From assembly GCA_964016885.1 (NCBI GenBank), contig OZ024740.1, positions 226,610,001 through 226,674,000 on the forward strand: a stretch of 64,000 nt of DNA, read 5' to 3'. This stretch comes from Eledone cirrhosa (lineage: Eukaryota). Every line of letters begins with the position of its first letter. Within the stretch, counting starts at the first letter, position 1. The notes under the pieces were generated by a model. That model did no database searches and had not been told where the DNA came from. It was given only the letters and a program-made list of their open reading frames with translations. Of this stretch, positions 13,308 to 30,066 are shown in pieces. The translations under genes were made by a program, and so were the position numbers.

Positions 13308-13619
13308 TAGTAGTATCAGCAGCAGCAGCAGTCATAGCGCTACCATCAGCAGCAGCAGCAGTCAGCTAGTGGAGTTGGCTTTGTTGAAATGACAAAACAA
13401 TGTCAGTGTGCTAGCAGCGGGCATTGTTGACAGATGCAAAGGCCACACTCACAACTGTCAGGATTTGGCTTCAATGTTGATGGTAGCATCCAAGACATTG
13501 TAAGAGACAGACAGTGCTGCCGCCGTATCATTTGAATGGGTAAGCAGGAGACCTGTTCTTAAAAATCGCCTAGTCCCGTCGTCACCGTCGTCGTCAAACT
13601 GTCAGTCGGTCATTGTCGT

Positions 13620-13678
13620 CGTCACCACCACCACCACCACCACCACATCATCACATCACCACCATAACCAGCACCAGC

Positions 13679-13709
<31 letters not shown>

Positions 13710-13795
13710 CCATCGCTATTATCGTCCTTAAAATTTGTTTATCATTATCGCGAAAGACTCCCTCACCAGGTTCATCACCACCGCCGCCACCACCA

Positions 13796-13837
<42 letters not shown>

Positions 13838-14051
13838 TACACAACCATTACCGCCACCACCACCACTATTATCGTCCTAAATATTGTTTATCATTACCGA
13901 AGCCACCACCACCACCACCACCACCACCACCACTATCATCATCATCATCATCATTACACATCCATTACCAACGCCGCCACCACCACCACCACTATTATCG
14001 TCCTTAATATTGTTTATCATTACCGAAGCCTCCACCACCACCACCACCACC

Positions 14052-14098
<47 letters not shown>

Positions 14099-14200
14099 TA
14101 TACAATCATTACCAGCGCCTCCACTATTATCGTCCTTAAATATTGTTTATCATTACCGAAGCCTCCTCCGCCATGTTCACCACCACCACCACCACCATCA
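13620..14200. repeat. (CAC)n/(CAT)n compound minisatellite
   Basis: Four copies of CTATTATCGTCCT(T)AA..ATT-GTTTATCATTA separated by CAC/CAT runs. Confidence 0.85.
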
Positions 14201-14492
14201 CTGTCATTGCTATTACCTTTATACATGTGATCAAGCCCCTTCGTTATATTTAGCACTGCACTTTTCATTTATCCCGTCCTGTCAATAACAACATTGTTTC
14301 ATTTTTTGTTGTTGCAGCATTTATTTTTCTTGTTTTTCTTATTCCTTCAGACAACGCCATCCTCGTAATCACCCCCATCTCCTCCTCTCTACACATATTT
14401 GTCAATGGGTGATGTTTAATCATCATCATCATCACTATTAAGAGTTTATTTTCTTCAATACATACGTACACATGTATGTACATATGATATAC

Positions 14493-14550
<58 letters not shown>

Positions 14551-14588
14551 CATTATATATATATATTTATATACATTATATATATATT

Positions 14589-14722
<134 letters not shown>

Positions 14723-14752
14723 ATATATATTATATATATATATATATGTATG

Positions 14753-14786
<34 letters not shown>

Positions 14787-14870
14787 ATATATATTATATA
14801 TATATATATGATTATATATATATATGATTATATATATATATATATATATATAATTATATATATATATATA

Positions 14871-14916
<46 letters not shown>

Positions 14917-15008
14917 GTATATATATATATCTAATATAATTATATATATATATATATGTTTATATATATATATGTATATATATGTATATATGTATATATG
15001 TATATATA

Positions 15009-15070
<62 letters not shown>

Positions 15071-15275
15071 TATATATATATATGCATATATATATATATA
15101 TGCATATATATATACATATGTATATATATTCATATACACATGCATACAGGTGTTTTCTAAATTTAAAAATTTTCATTAATAATTTTTATTCCCAAACGAA
15201 AGAAGTTGCATTATGGAATTCCATTTTCACATTTATACTGTTTTACCTTTTCTTTTATCTTTCTATCTATCTATT

Positions 15276-15348
<73 letters not shown>

Positions 15349-15494
15349 CAATCTGTCTGCAGTCTGTCTGATGTCTATTTTCTGTCTATCTTTCTATCTT
15401 TCTATCTATCTATTGGTATTTCTATCCATCTATAAAGAAATCTATCTATTTATCCATCCATATATCTATCTATCTTTCTATCTGTATCTACCTA

Positions 15495-15551
<57 letters not shown>

Positions 15552-15597
15552 ATAGGTATATATATATATCTATCATATATATATATATTTTATATAT

Positions 15598-15631
<34 letters not shown>

Positions 15632-15810
15632 ATGAATAAACAAAGAAACAGTTCCTCATATTAGACAAAAAAAGTTCATTATTTTACGATCGTTTCTAGG
15701 ACATATATGTGTTAGAATTGGTATGCATATTCTATAGATCTATGTACAATATTTATACAAACTATCAGAGGGAATATACATACCTTCACATATATATGCT
15801 GTCTTCAGAA

Positions 15811-15856
<46 letters not shown>

Positions 15857-16249
15857 TATATATATAAGCAAAAGGGATATTCAATTTGTTGGTAATTCAA
15901 CAAATATATTTGTTGAATACATATATATATCTATATATATATAGATATAGATATATATATAGATATATTTAGGTAGATATATATATATATAATTATTTAC
16001 TTATTTAATCTGCGTGTCTTTATTTCTTTATTTTTCTCCCAATCCACCCCCTCCACCACCACCGCCACCACCACCACCATTCTCTGTCTTATACACACAA
16101 TTCTTATATTTTCTTCCTCACTCACTCTAACTTTCAGAGTTGAAATTCTTTCCTATTTTCCTCTCTAGTTACTAAAAATCTGTTTGAAACTTTTGCAGTT
16201 TGCTTACCAAACGTTATCTTTCTCCTTACACCAATCATTGCATCTTTCT

Positions 16250-16268
16250 CTCTCTAGCTTTCTTTCAG

Positions 16269-16313
<45 letters not shown>

Positions 16314-16402
16314 CTCTTTCAATCTTTCTCTTTCAATCTCTCTTTCAAACACTCTCTTTTCTTTCTTTCTGTCCTTCTCTTTTTTTCTCTTATTTTTCTC
16401 TG

Positions 16403-16442
<40 letters not shown>

Positions 16443-16754
16443 CTTTCAATCTTTCTCTTTCAATCTCTCTTTCAAACACTCTCTTTTCTCTCTTTCTGTC
16501 CTTCTCATTTTCTCTCTTATTTTTCTCCGTCTCTCTTTGAATCACTTTCTTTTTCTCTCTCTCTCTCTTTCAATCTCTCTCTCTTTCAATTTCCATCTCT
16601 TTCAATCTTTCTCTTTTTCAATCTCTCTCTCTCTCTCTCTCTCTCACTCTCTCTCTCTCTCTCTCTCTGTTTCAATCACCCTCTTTTTCTCTCTCTCTTT
16701 CAATTTCTTTTTCTTTTTCTTTTTCTTTTTCTTTTTCTTTTTCTTTTTCTTTTT

Positions 16755-16797
<43 letters not shown>

Positions 16798-16800
16798 GTC
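16250..16800. repeat. (CT)n-rich polypyrimidine tract with internal duplication
   Basis: TTTCAATCTTTCTCTTTCAATCTCTCTTTCAAACACTCTC occurs twice. Confidence 0.85.
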
Positions 16801-17216
16801 TCTTATTCTCTTTCTCACTTTGCACCAAACACTGTCTCTCTCTCCTTTCACCTTCCATTCTCTCTCTCACCTTCTCTATGCACCAGACCTTATCTCTCTC
16901 CTATCACCAGTAAATATACCTCTCTCACATTACTTACTCTTTGTCTCTCTTCTTTATATTACATTGTGGTTTTATACTACATCGTCTTACTAAACTTTTA
17001 AAAAGATATTTATTTTCTTCTACTCTTTAGTATGTTGTTTATGCTGCTGCTGTTGTTGTTTAGCCCATGGCTAACCCTAATTGACCCTTCATATATATAC
17101 CTATATATAAATATATATATATATACATACATATCTATATACATACATATCTATATACATATGTGCATACATACATATGGACATAGATACAAGCGTATAT
17201 ATGTATGTATATATAT

Positions 17217-17552
17217 ATCATCATTTCATTTTACGTCCGCTTTTCCCTGCTAGCAAGGGTGGGACGGGAACTGATTCTGGCTTGATTTCTACAGCTGGAT
17301 GCCCTTCCTAACACCAACCTCATTTAGAGAGAGTGCTGGGTGCTTTTTTGCCGTGGCACCTCCACGACCACTTTGCAGTGGAATGATATGGACCCCCAGT
17401 CCCTATCATCTCATTTCTACAGCTGAGTAAACTGGAGCAATGTGAAATAAAGTGTCTTGCTCAAGGAAACAACACATCACCCGGTCTGAGAATTGAACTC
17501 ACAACCTTTCGATTGCAAGGCCAATGCTCTAACCATTAAGCCATGTGCCTCC
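17217..17552 (-). mobile_element. SINE family A
   Basis: Full-length copy. Confidence 0.9.
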
Positions 17553-18085
17553 ATTATATACATATGTGTGTGTGTATGTAATTATATACAATATACACAC
17601 TGTAAAGGTGGTTGGTGTTAGGACAAAAATCAAGCTGTAAAAAAAAATCCAGCCAAAATCCAGTTCCATTTGAGCAAGGTATGGCGCAGCCAAATGGCCA
17701 GACTTGTATCATAACATGGACGGCCCGTCTAACCCATGCAAGAATAGAAAAATAGATGTTAAATGATGATGAGGATGATGATGATGATACACTTGCATGA
17801 TAGCCATATGGTTGTGGCCATGCTGGGACACTGCTATGATGTTTATTTAAACCTATAGTTTAAATAGAACTATCCTATATATAGGGCTATACTAAATATA
17901 AAATTATGTCTTTTTCTTCTAAGTATAGTAGGGTGCTATTCAAAGAACGTGACTGTAATTTCTAGCAGATCAATTGGCTGTATAGAGGAACCCTCTGTAG
18001 GGTTGGGTATTACAGTCGTGGAAAGGTCTGATGTACTAACATTGTTTCATTGTTCATCATACACTCACCCACAGACACCCAATAT

Positions 18086-18209
<124 letters not shown>

Positions 18210-18267
18210 AAGTCTGCGACACACAAGCCGAAACCAGTTGGCGCTGCGGTCGGGATTTTACCCATCT

Positions 18268-18311
<44 letters not shown>

Positions 18312-18840
18312 GTATATATATATATATATATGTATAAATGAAAAGTATAGAAATTATTGTAGCAAGAAGCCAACAGTATTCCATAATATATATATATATA
18401 TATATATATATAAGTATATATGTATATATTGGGAGTCTGTGGGTAATATATATGAACAAATAATGTTAAATTTGTTGTTCATGAATTGTAACTTACTATT
18501 TGTGATGTAAGTTAATTTAATTTCATTTCATTGTATTTTAAATTGGAAATTATATCAAACAACAACAAAAACAAAAATTGAGGAAATCACTTTGCGGTCA
18601 TTCAACTTACTAGAAATAACAGCCAAATCTTCCTTTCATCACCTCTCCACCATCATCTTAAAACAAACTGAATCATTGGATAAGGCAGTCCTAGATGGCT
18701 GGTGGGATGGTTAAGGCTGGAATCTCTTTGATAATATGAATAAACAACAACAATAATGACAACAATAACTTGGAATTTAAAGTTTTACATGTCATTCCAA
18801 CAAAGTTATATTATTTAGGGAACTGGGGATTTCTCTCCAA

Positions 18841-19222
18841 ATAATAATTGTTTCTACTTTAGGCACAAGACCAGTAATTACCCAGTACATTACTGGTACT
18901 TTATTTTATCGACCCCCGTAAGGATGAAAGGCAAAGTTAACCTCGGCGGGATTTGAACTCAGAATGGCAAGGGCCGTAACTCCATACGTCAAAGCATGGC
19001 GTCCAACCCTCTACCGACACTGCCATGATTTCTACTATAGGCACAAGGCCAGTAATTTGGGGGGAGGGGGAAGTCGATTAAATCGAGCCTACTGCGTGAC
19101 TGGTACTTTATTTTATCGACCCCGTAAGGATGAAAGGCAAAGTTAACCACGGCTGGATGTGAACCCAGACCGTAAAGGGCCATAACTCTATGCTGCAAAG
19201 CATGGTGTCTGATGCTCTACCG
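18841..19222 (-). mobile_element. Two tandem SINE family C copies
   Basis: TTTTATCGACCCCGTAAGGATGAAAGGCAAAGTTAACC occurs at about 18904 and 19111. Confidence 0.8.
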
Positions 19223-19566
19223 TAATGATAATGATAATAAGAGGTAAGAAACTCTCAGGAGAGCTGGAAACCAGAAACCCCACCTTAAGCGAGTGTTACA
19301 GTCCTTAACTTCTTATTTAAGGTTTTTAAGGTTTCTTTTTTAAGGTTTTTTAAGGTTTCTTTGTCATAAGGGCTGTATATATAGATACAAAATATCACAT
19401 GGAACAAATATTTAGTGATGTATATATACATATATATGTGTGTATGTGTGTGTGTGAGTGTTTGTGTGCATATATGTATGTGTGAGAGCATAGTTTTCTA
19501 TAATGACATTGATTATTATTAACATTGTCGTTATTTTTTCATACATGATTCCAAGTGAACCTTAAA

Positions 19567-19622
<56 letters not shown>

Positions 19623-19770
19623 GATATCTATATTTATATATATATATATATGTATATATATTGATATTATTATTATTACTATATATTTATATATATATTT
19701 ATATATATATATATATATATTGATATTATTATTATTACTATATATTTATATATATATTTATATATATATT

Positions 19771-19833
<63 letters not shown>

Positions 19834-19858
19834 ATTTATATATATATATAAATATATT

Positions 19859-19889
<31 letters not shown>

Positions 19890-20011
19890 TTCCCATTTTT
19901 GACGCTATAGTCACTTATATATTATGGAATACTGTTGGCTTTTTGCTACAATATTTTCTATACCTTTCATTTATATATACATATATGTATATATATATAT
20001 ATTGATATATA

Positions 20012-20051
<40 letters not shown>

Positions 20052-20313
20052 TACATATATATATATTGATATATGTATATATTGATATATATATATATTT
20101 TGATATATATATTTATTTATATATATATGTATATATATATGTATATATATATATACATATATATATACATACATATATATATATACATACATATATATAT
20201 ACATACATATATATATATATATATATTTATATATTTATTTATATATATATATATTTATATATTTTTTTCTCCTCATCTTGTCCCTCCTCACCTGTCACCA
20301 ATGTGGCATTAGA

Positions 20314-20522
20314 ATGGCAGTGTCGTTAGAGTATTGGACAAATGCTTTGCGGCATTGAAATAGGGCTCTTTATTTTCTGAGTTCAAATCCCTCCGAGGTC
20401 AACTTTGCCTTTCATTCTTCCAAGGCTGATTAAATAGAGTACCAGTCATGAACTGGGCTTGACACAATTGATTTCCCTCTCCTGCCTAAATTGTTAGCCT
20501 TGTGCAAAAATTAGAAACATTT
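20314..20522 (+). mobile_element. Older SINE family C-related copy
   Basis: GAGTTCAAATCCCTCCGAGGTCAACTTTGCCTTTCATTC...CCTTGTGCAAAAATTAGAAAC. Confidence 0.7.
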
Positions 20523-20939
20523 ATTACTATTAATATCTTTACTAATACAAACAAAAAAAATAAAGTAATCATCATTACCACTACTACTAGTAGTAGTAGT
20601 GGCACTGGTGTTGTTGTGGTGGTGGAGGTGGTGATGGTGGTGGTGGTGGTAGTAGTGGTGGTGATTGTTCTAAATTCTTTCATTATATATTTTTATATTA
20701 TGGATAAAATTTCAGTATTATTTGCTTTAGTTATGGGTTTTCTTTTTTTTTTTCTTTATATTTTTAAACAAAACAAAACAAAGATGAATTTTTTTTTTAA
20801 ACATTTTTTATTTTTAACTGCAAAAAATATTTTATTTTATCTTCCAAATTCAACACTTTGGGTGAAATTCAAAACTCTTGGAATTTCTACATTCCTAATT
20901 TTTATCAAGTGTGAATAGCACCAAATCATGTGATAAGTA

Positions 20940-20973
<34 letters not shown>

Positions 20974-21002
20974 ACGTGGGTGTGTGTTCACACATATATA
21001 TA

Positions 21003-21080
<78 letters not shown>

Positions 21081-21213
21081 GGTACATGTATATATGTATA
21101 TACATATGTATTTATATTATGTGTATATATATCTATATATATCTGTGTGTGTATGTATGTATATGTGTATATGTGTAAATATATATATGCGTGTGTGTAT
21201 GTATGTATATGAA

Positions 21214-21275
<62 letters not shown>

Positions 21276-21867
21276 TATATAAGTGTGTATGTATGTATGT
21301 ATAATTGTGTGTATATATATATATGTGTGTGTTTGTGTGTTTCATTACAAGTTCACATAGTACATATATTATTTCACCTAAGTGTAAGTGAATATTTTTT
21401 TTTTGTACTCACATAGAGAAAAACATATATATATACTGTGTGTGTATAAAATTATACACGTTCAATATACAGCTGTAAAACTATAAATACATTTGGTCAA
21501 ATGTTATGCATATATACACATGCATGCAAACATTTGTGTGTATGTGTATGTATGTATGTATGTATAACACATAGCTATAAATATTGGACTATGCACAACT
21601 TATAGTGGCATGCTATATATGTGAGTGTGTATATGCGATATATAAGCTGATATGTGTATGTATGCAGCTTTACAAATACTAACATAGTGATACATATACA
21701 TATACATATACATAATACACACACACACATTTCTACGTACATATATATGTACATATATACATACATACATACATACATACGTACGTATGTATGTACATAA
21801 ATACATACATAAGAGCAGCCATCCATACTTACATTTGTAAGTTCATACACTCATACTTACATATATG

Positions 21868-21907
<40 letters not shown>

Positions 21908-22506
21908 CACACATACACATATACATTAGATATATATATATATATATGGAGAGAGAGAGATAGATAGATATAGAGATACAAAACTTCAAGACATGCTTGC
22001 AAACTATCGATCCAGCCTGGTGAGCACATGTCCGAATACTTCCACTTGCTCTATTTCTTCTAGTACCAGCTGCAGTATTTAATACATATTGTGGGAATTC
22101 CACTAAGAAACCTTATAGCCAATTTGGGTATAATATTGACAGCATATGGTAGGCAGGGCTAAGTTAACTATCCCCTCCTATTTTCTTGTGAGTCACTTGT
22201 CTCCTCTTAGTGTCATTTGCATATGTGACACCCCGAAAAGGATGTGACAGTAAGATTCACCCCTAAACCACATGCAGTTGTTCTAAGTGCTAAGGATCAT
22301 ATTTTGGTGTGTTGGGAGTGTCCGTATCAGGGGAGAGCAGTCAAAATGATTCCTGGACTCAGGTGAAGAGGATTTTAATGGAAATATTAATAGTAAGCAA
22401 CCTAAACTACCTACCCATAAAAAAGTATATACATATATATACATATAAACACATTTATATATATATATACATATACACATATATACATACAAACATACAA
22501 ATTCAA

Positions 22507-22561
<55 letters not shown>

Positions 22562-22566
22562 CATTA

Positions 22567-22614
<48 letters not shown>

Positions 22615-22619
22615 CATTA

Positions 22620-22671
<52 letters not shown>

Positions 22672-22771
22672 AATGTATGCACACACACAGGCATACACAC
22701 ACATACATAAAAATGCAATTGTATATATATATAAATAAACGCACACTCACACATATATACATTTGTATGTA

Positions 22772-22817
<46 letters not shown>

Positions 22818-23659
22818 TCAGATTATTAAAATAATACCCATGTGACTAGTGTAAAAATAAGATGGAAAGGGCATATAAATATATTTATTTGTTAATATAA
22901 ATCTACACATTCAAATATGTAGAAACACGTGCACACACACACTTACTCACATGAGCACACACATAGAGGAACATACACACACACTGAGACATGCACACAA
23001 TCAAAAACATATATATATGCACACACACACACGTTTACAGCCACATACACACATACTGTCAGACATACACAGCTGCGTACACACATACTGTCAGACATAC
23101 ACAGCCACATACACACATACTCACACATAAACAATTATTGTCACACACACATTCAGGCATAAAGATAGCCACATACACATATGAACACACAAACAATTAC
23201 TGACATACACACACACTCAGACATACACACTGCCACATATACACACACAAAAAATTACTGACACACACACACATTCAGCCATACACACAGTGACATATAC
23301 ATATACACACTTAAACAATTACTGACATATACACACACTCAGACATACACACTGCCACATATACACACACAAACAATTACTGACACACACACACATTCAG
23401 CCATACACACTGCCACATATACATATACACACATAAACAATTACTGACACACACACACACACACAGTCAAACATACACACAGACAGGTACACATATACAC
23501 ACAGTGACATATGCATATACACACATACATACAGTCAGACATACATATTGTCACATACACTTATACACACAACGACAGTTACATATACATACATAGTCAG
23601 ACATACACACAGCAATGTACACATATACACACACAATGATTTACTGACACACATGCATA

Positions 23660-24330
23660 CACATTCTGTCAGACATACACACATTGACATACACTTATTC
23701 ACACAGCGACATTTACATCTACACACACACAAAGATTTACCGACACACACATACACATTCTGTCAGACATACACACATTGACATACACTTATACACACAG
23801 AAATATACACATATACACACACACAAAGATTTACCGACACACACATACACATTCTGTCAGACATACACACATTGACATACACTTATACACACAGAAATAT
23901 ACACATATACACACACACAAAGATTTACCGACACACACATACACATTCTGTCAGACATACACACATTGGCATACACTTATACACACAGAAATATACACAT
24001 ATACACACACACAAAGATTTACCGACACACACATACACATTCTGTCAGACATACACACATTGACATACACTTATACACACAGCGACATTTACATATACAC
24101 ACACACAAAGATTTACCGACACACACATACACATTCTGTCAGACATACACACATTGACATACACTTATACACACAGAAATATACACATATTCACACACAC
24201 AAAGATTTACCGACACACACATACACATTCTGTCAGACATACACACATTGACATACACTTATACACACAGAAATATACACATATCCACACACACAAAGAT
24301 TTACCGACACACACATACACATTCTGTTAG
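23660..24330. repeat. 94-bp tandem repeat, ~7 copies
   Basis: AAAGATTTACCGAC recurs at 23731, 23825, 23919, 24013, 24107, 24201 and 24295. Confidence 0.9.
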
Positions 24331-24911
24331 ATATACATACAGTGACATATACACTTATACACGCAGCGACATTTACATATACATACATAGTCAGACATAC
24401 ATACAGCCACATATAAATATACACAGGCAATCAATTATTGATACACACACATACACACACTCTCATTCATTCAGTGTACTTGATAAAAACATGTTGTAGT
24501 TACTACATACTGTCACCATCGCGTAGTATTTCTTTCTCCTTTCCGGAAAATCAAACAAAAAAAGAGCAGTATTTGTAATGAAAACATTATCACTGTTCCT
24601 TAAATGAATCAAAGTCCTTCATGCTTATTTCCAGTGCACATTAATTAACAGACAATCATCGGTCTCCCTGCAGGGAGGGATATATGTATATATATATGTA
24701 GATATTTAACAAACAGTCTCTGAAAGTTCGAAGTCACTGCCACCTTTTTTCTTTAGAAATTACATCTTACACTTGGTTCACATGTATTATAGTGAGTGCT
24801 CATTCTGTTAATATTTAAAACACCAACTTCAAAATATGCATCCTTATCATCACCATTATCCCTTATATATGTATATATAAATATCTTCCTTGTTGTTTTA
24901 ACATCCACTTT

Positions 24912-24952
<41 letters not shown>

Positions 24953-25237
24953 AATATAAATATTTGTTATATATATATATATATATAAACTATTTACAAA
25001 TTCACCCTATACACACACACAAAGAACAAAATACTCTACAATACTCTATGCACATGTGCAACCAACCACCGGTGATGGTGTGCGAAGAGTAGCCAAAGTG
25101 GTAATGTGTATGTATGGTAGGGTTAGCAGTAAGCATAGTAGACAACTGACGACTGCATCATATGTACACACACCGGTGGTCAGCCAATACATTCTTCGGG
25201 CTAATGTGAACAATTTTTTTCCTTGTAGATTGTCAAA

Positions 25238-25394
25238 ATGCTGCAGCATCAACACTGTGGAAGCAATATGACTGGCATCATCTCTTTCTCTCGATTGCTT
25301 CTGCCAAACATGCGTAAGCTCGGAGTATTCCCGTTATTTATGGATTTACTGGTTATTTTATGTTACTTAGGAGTTGGAATTCCATCAGTTGCTG
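25238..25394 (+). CDS. Candidate first coding exon encoding a signal peptide (secreted or membrane protein)
   Basis: Strong acceptor TTTTTTTCCTTGTAG (ends 25228), ATG at 25238, frame MLQHQHCGSNMTGIISFSRLLLPNMRKLGVFPLFMDLLVILCYLGVGIPSVA, and a perfect phase-1 donor G|GTAAGT at 25395. Confidence 0.6.
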
Positions 25395-25439
25395 GTAAGT
25401 AAATATAATTATATTTTTGTTATTTATTTATTTATTTTG

Positions 25440-25502
<63 letters not shown>

Positions 25503-25719
25503 TTCTAGAATCGTTCGGAATATATTGTTGTTCAAGTGATATTGTTTGGCCCAAAAAAAAAAGTTTTTGTGTAATGAATTTTTATTTATTTATATCATCA
25601 ATTATTGATATTATTGTAATACGGTTATTGTTATTAGGTTGATATTGTAATCATATGATATTTGTTACTGTTATCGCATAAACCTTCACACTATATATCA
25701 TACACATCCTTTTCACAAC

Positions 25720-27090
<1,371 letters not shown>

Positions 27091-27333
27091 TCTGATCAAA
27101 ACAGCATCTCTTTTCAACTACAAAAACACTTTACATTTATCAGTAACACTGTATATATTATTATTTTTATTATCATCACCTATAACATTTCAATTATTTA
27201 TTGAATTAGATAAGTACATTTCCTGAGTTCTTTGAATACCTTACTTCAATCATCCATTGTGGAATTAGGTTACGAAACACTTTTGAAAACTCATTTTATT
27301 TTTCTATTCTCCAATCTGTCATTCTTTGTCTAG

Positions 27334-27460
27334 CACATGTCAAAATAGGGTACCCCCTGCCTAACAGCAATACCGGAAGATTCAAAGAAGAATCCGTGTT
27401 TTTCTTAACAAAAATAATCTTCGCATTTGAAACATATTTTAATTCCAATGGCAACGAAGA
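27334..27460 (+). CDS. Possible second exon following the signal-peptide exon
   Basis: Long pyrimidine tract plus TAG. The phase-1-compatible frame reads (A)[42 protein letters not shown]. No clear donor before the microsatellite. Confidence 0.25.
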
Positions 27461-27475
27461 CATATACATACATAC

Positions 27476-27576
<101 letters not shown>

Positions 27577-27620
27577 CATACATACATACATATATATATG
27601 TGTGTGTATATGTGTGTGTA

Positions 27621-27657
<37 letters not shown>

Positions 27658-27782
27658 ATGTATGTATACCTACATATATATATGTGTGTGTCTGTGTGTG
27701 AGTTTGTTTTGTGAGTATATATAAAAGTACTCTATCTAATCCATGTATGCATATATAGGTATCTATATGTGTACCTATATAC

Positions 27783-27813
<31 letters not shown>

Positions 27814-27892
27814 TGTGTGTGTATGTATGTATGTATGTATGTATGTATGTATTTAGGTATGTATGTATGTATGTAGGTATGTATACAGGTAC

Positions 27893-27923
<31 letters not shown>

Positions 27924-28183
27924 TGTATGTATGTATGTATGTATGTATGTATGTATTTAGGTATGTATGTATGTATGTATGTAGGTATGTATACAGGTAC
28001 ATATGTATGTATGTAAGTATGTATGAGATATATAGACTTGTGTCAATGACCAGGCCACATAAGTGTGATAAAAATGTTGAGACTATGAAATAATGAGTAA
28101 AAGTAAAGTGAATTTACTAATTTCTGTTTGTTTATCTGAAAGACAAGAATGAATCTTCAACGTTGTAATTGTTTTAAATATGT

Positions 28184-28232
<49 letters not shown>

Positions 28233-28336
28233 AATATTATACATATATATATGTATCATATATATATATATATATACAAATATCATACATATATATATAT
28301 ATATATATATATACAAATATCATATATATATTAATC

Positions 28337-28369
<33 letters not shown>

Positions 28370-28684
28370 TAGAGAGTGTGAAAAAAAGGGAGTTTCCAGT
28401 CATGGGACTGCGTCCATGCTGGGGCGTCACTGTGAAGGTTAGCATCAACCATACATACCAACCCAAATATTACAGTCTAGTACTAACATTAGTGGTATAT
28501 TTGTCCAACTACTTATTAAAATGATATTAAAAACATACCACATGCACACACTTCTATAACTATCTGTCTGTGTCTGTGACGGTTTCTATACAATTTCCAT
28601 CAGCAAAATCCATTCACAAGGGGGGTCGGTCAACCTGGTACTATATTAGAAAACATGCCTGAGGTGCCATGCAGTGGGATCACA

Positions 28685-28754
<70 letters not shown>

Positions 28755-28850
28755 GTAGGAGGTGAGTTTTATTGTAGTACAATAAAGCAATGCAGATATC
28801 GGATAAGAAGCACTCGACAGTTTGTAGGACTGGAGTATTCATATTGTTCT

Positions 28851-28886
<36 letters not shown>

Positions 28887-29358
28887 AGATAAATCTACCA
28901 AAAATTTACGGTAGTGTCCAATCCATCAGTATGTATATATATATATATGTATATATGGCTGTACATATATATATACACAGCCCTGCCATATATATTTATA
29001 TATATATATATATACATTTTTAGATATATATATGTATGTATGTATATATAGACATATATGTATGTACACACATACATATACATTCTACTATTTCTTAAAA
29101 TTTTTTTTTTTTTGGTTTGTTTTTTTCGAAACAAGAATCTAGGCAGTATATTGAGCATATTCTTAAAGAAATGTGAAACAAAAAAAAAAGTGTTCTATGC
29201 CATAGAATATAATGTAGGTATACAGGATTAATTATATACATCTGGACACATATTACATTTTATCTGTTTGTATTGACACACCCACATTCAAGCACACACT
29301 TCTGTTGTGTGTTTTATAAATACATTTATGGTTTACAATATATGTGTCAGATATAAAC

Positions 29359-29472
29359 ATATGAACATGCACATACACACACTTATATAAAATAATGCTT
29401 TCTTTATTAACCACAAGGGTTTAATAAAGAAAGCATTATTTTATATAAGTGTGTGTATGTGCATGTTCATAT
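29359..29472. repeat. Perfect 52-bp-arm inverted repeat
   Basis: 29359-29410 / 29421-29472, with loop CCACAAGGGT. Confidence 0.9.
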
Positions 29473-29514
29473 AAAATAATAATAATGAAAATTATTCTGT
29501 ACAGTGTTTAGGTG

Positions 29515-29548
<34 letters not shown>

Positions 29549-29552
<4 letters not shown>

Positions 29553-29755
29553 TTAATATAGATGAGATTCTACAGGACTAGAACCGTTTCATTCTTGAGA
29601 AATCATCAGGAATCATGAGATTCCTGATGATTTCTCAAGAATGAAACGGTTCTAGTCCTGTAGAATCTCATCTATATTAAAACTTTTATACTCTGCTATG
29701 TATTGAGTACTTTACTTACTGTGGTTACCTCCAATTCAACCCGGAATAACATACC
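29549..29755 (+). mobile_element. Fold-back element with a hammerhead and a TTGAGTACT tail
   Basis: Perfect 66-bp arms (29549-29614 / 29619-29684). The tail is homologous to 7422-7478 (reverse) and 40528-40595; a partial copy lies at 12961-13017. Confidence 0.85.
29615..29671 (+). ncRNA. Type I hammerhead ribozyme
   Basis: ATGAGATTC-CTGATGA-T-TTC-TCAA-GAA-T-GAAA-CGG-TTCTAGTC-CTG-TA-GAATCTCAT: 9-bp stem I, GUA cleavage triplet. The copy at 12961 has CAG/CTG in stem III, a structure-consistent change. Confidence 0.75.
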
Positions 29756-29789
<34 letters not shown>

Positions 29790-29819
29790 CACATATATGA
29801 TTGTGTATGTCTATAATAA

Positions 29820-29864
<45 letters not shown>

Positions 29865-29931
29865 AGATTCAGGATCCCGACTGATGAAGTACAGCCATTT
29901 CAACTGCTAGATCTGACTGGTATTTTACCAC

Positions 29932-30024
<93 letters not shown>

Positions 30025-30066
30025 ATGTGTGTGTGTCTGTGTGTATGAATGTATTTGTTAATACAT

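Noticed and set aside
22004-22069. Minus-strand LVLEEIEQVEVFGHVLTRLDR* after CAG
   Set aside because: Short, with a poor pyrimidine tract; it could be chance or a LINE remnant.
29881-29900. CTGATGA on the plus strand
   Set aside because: No GAAA or stems follow; it lies in a degenerate arm of the CCCCGAC family.
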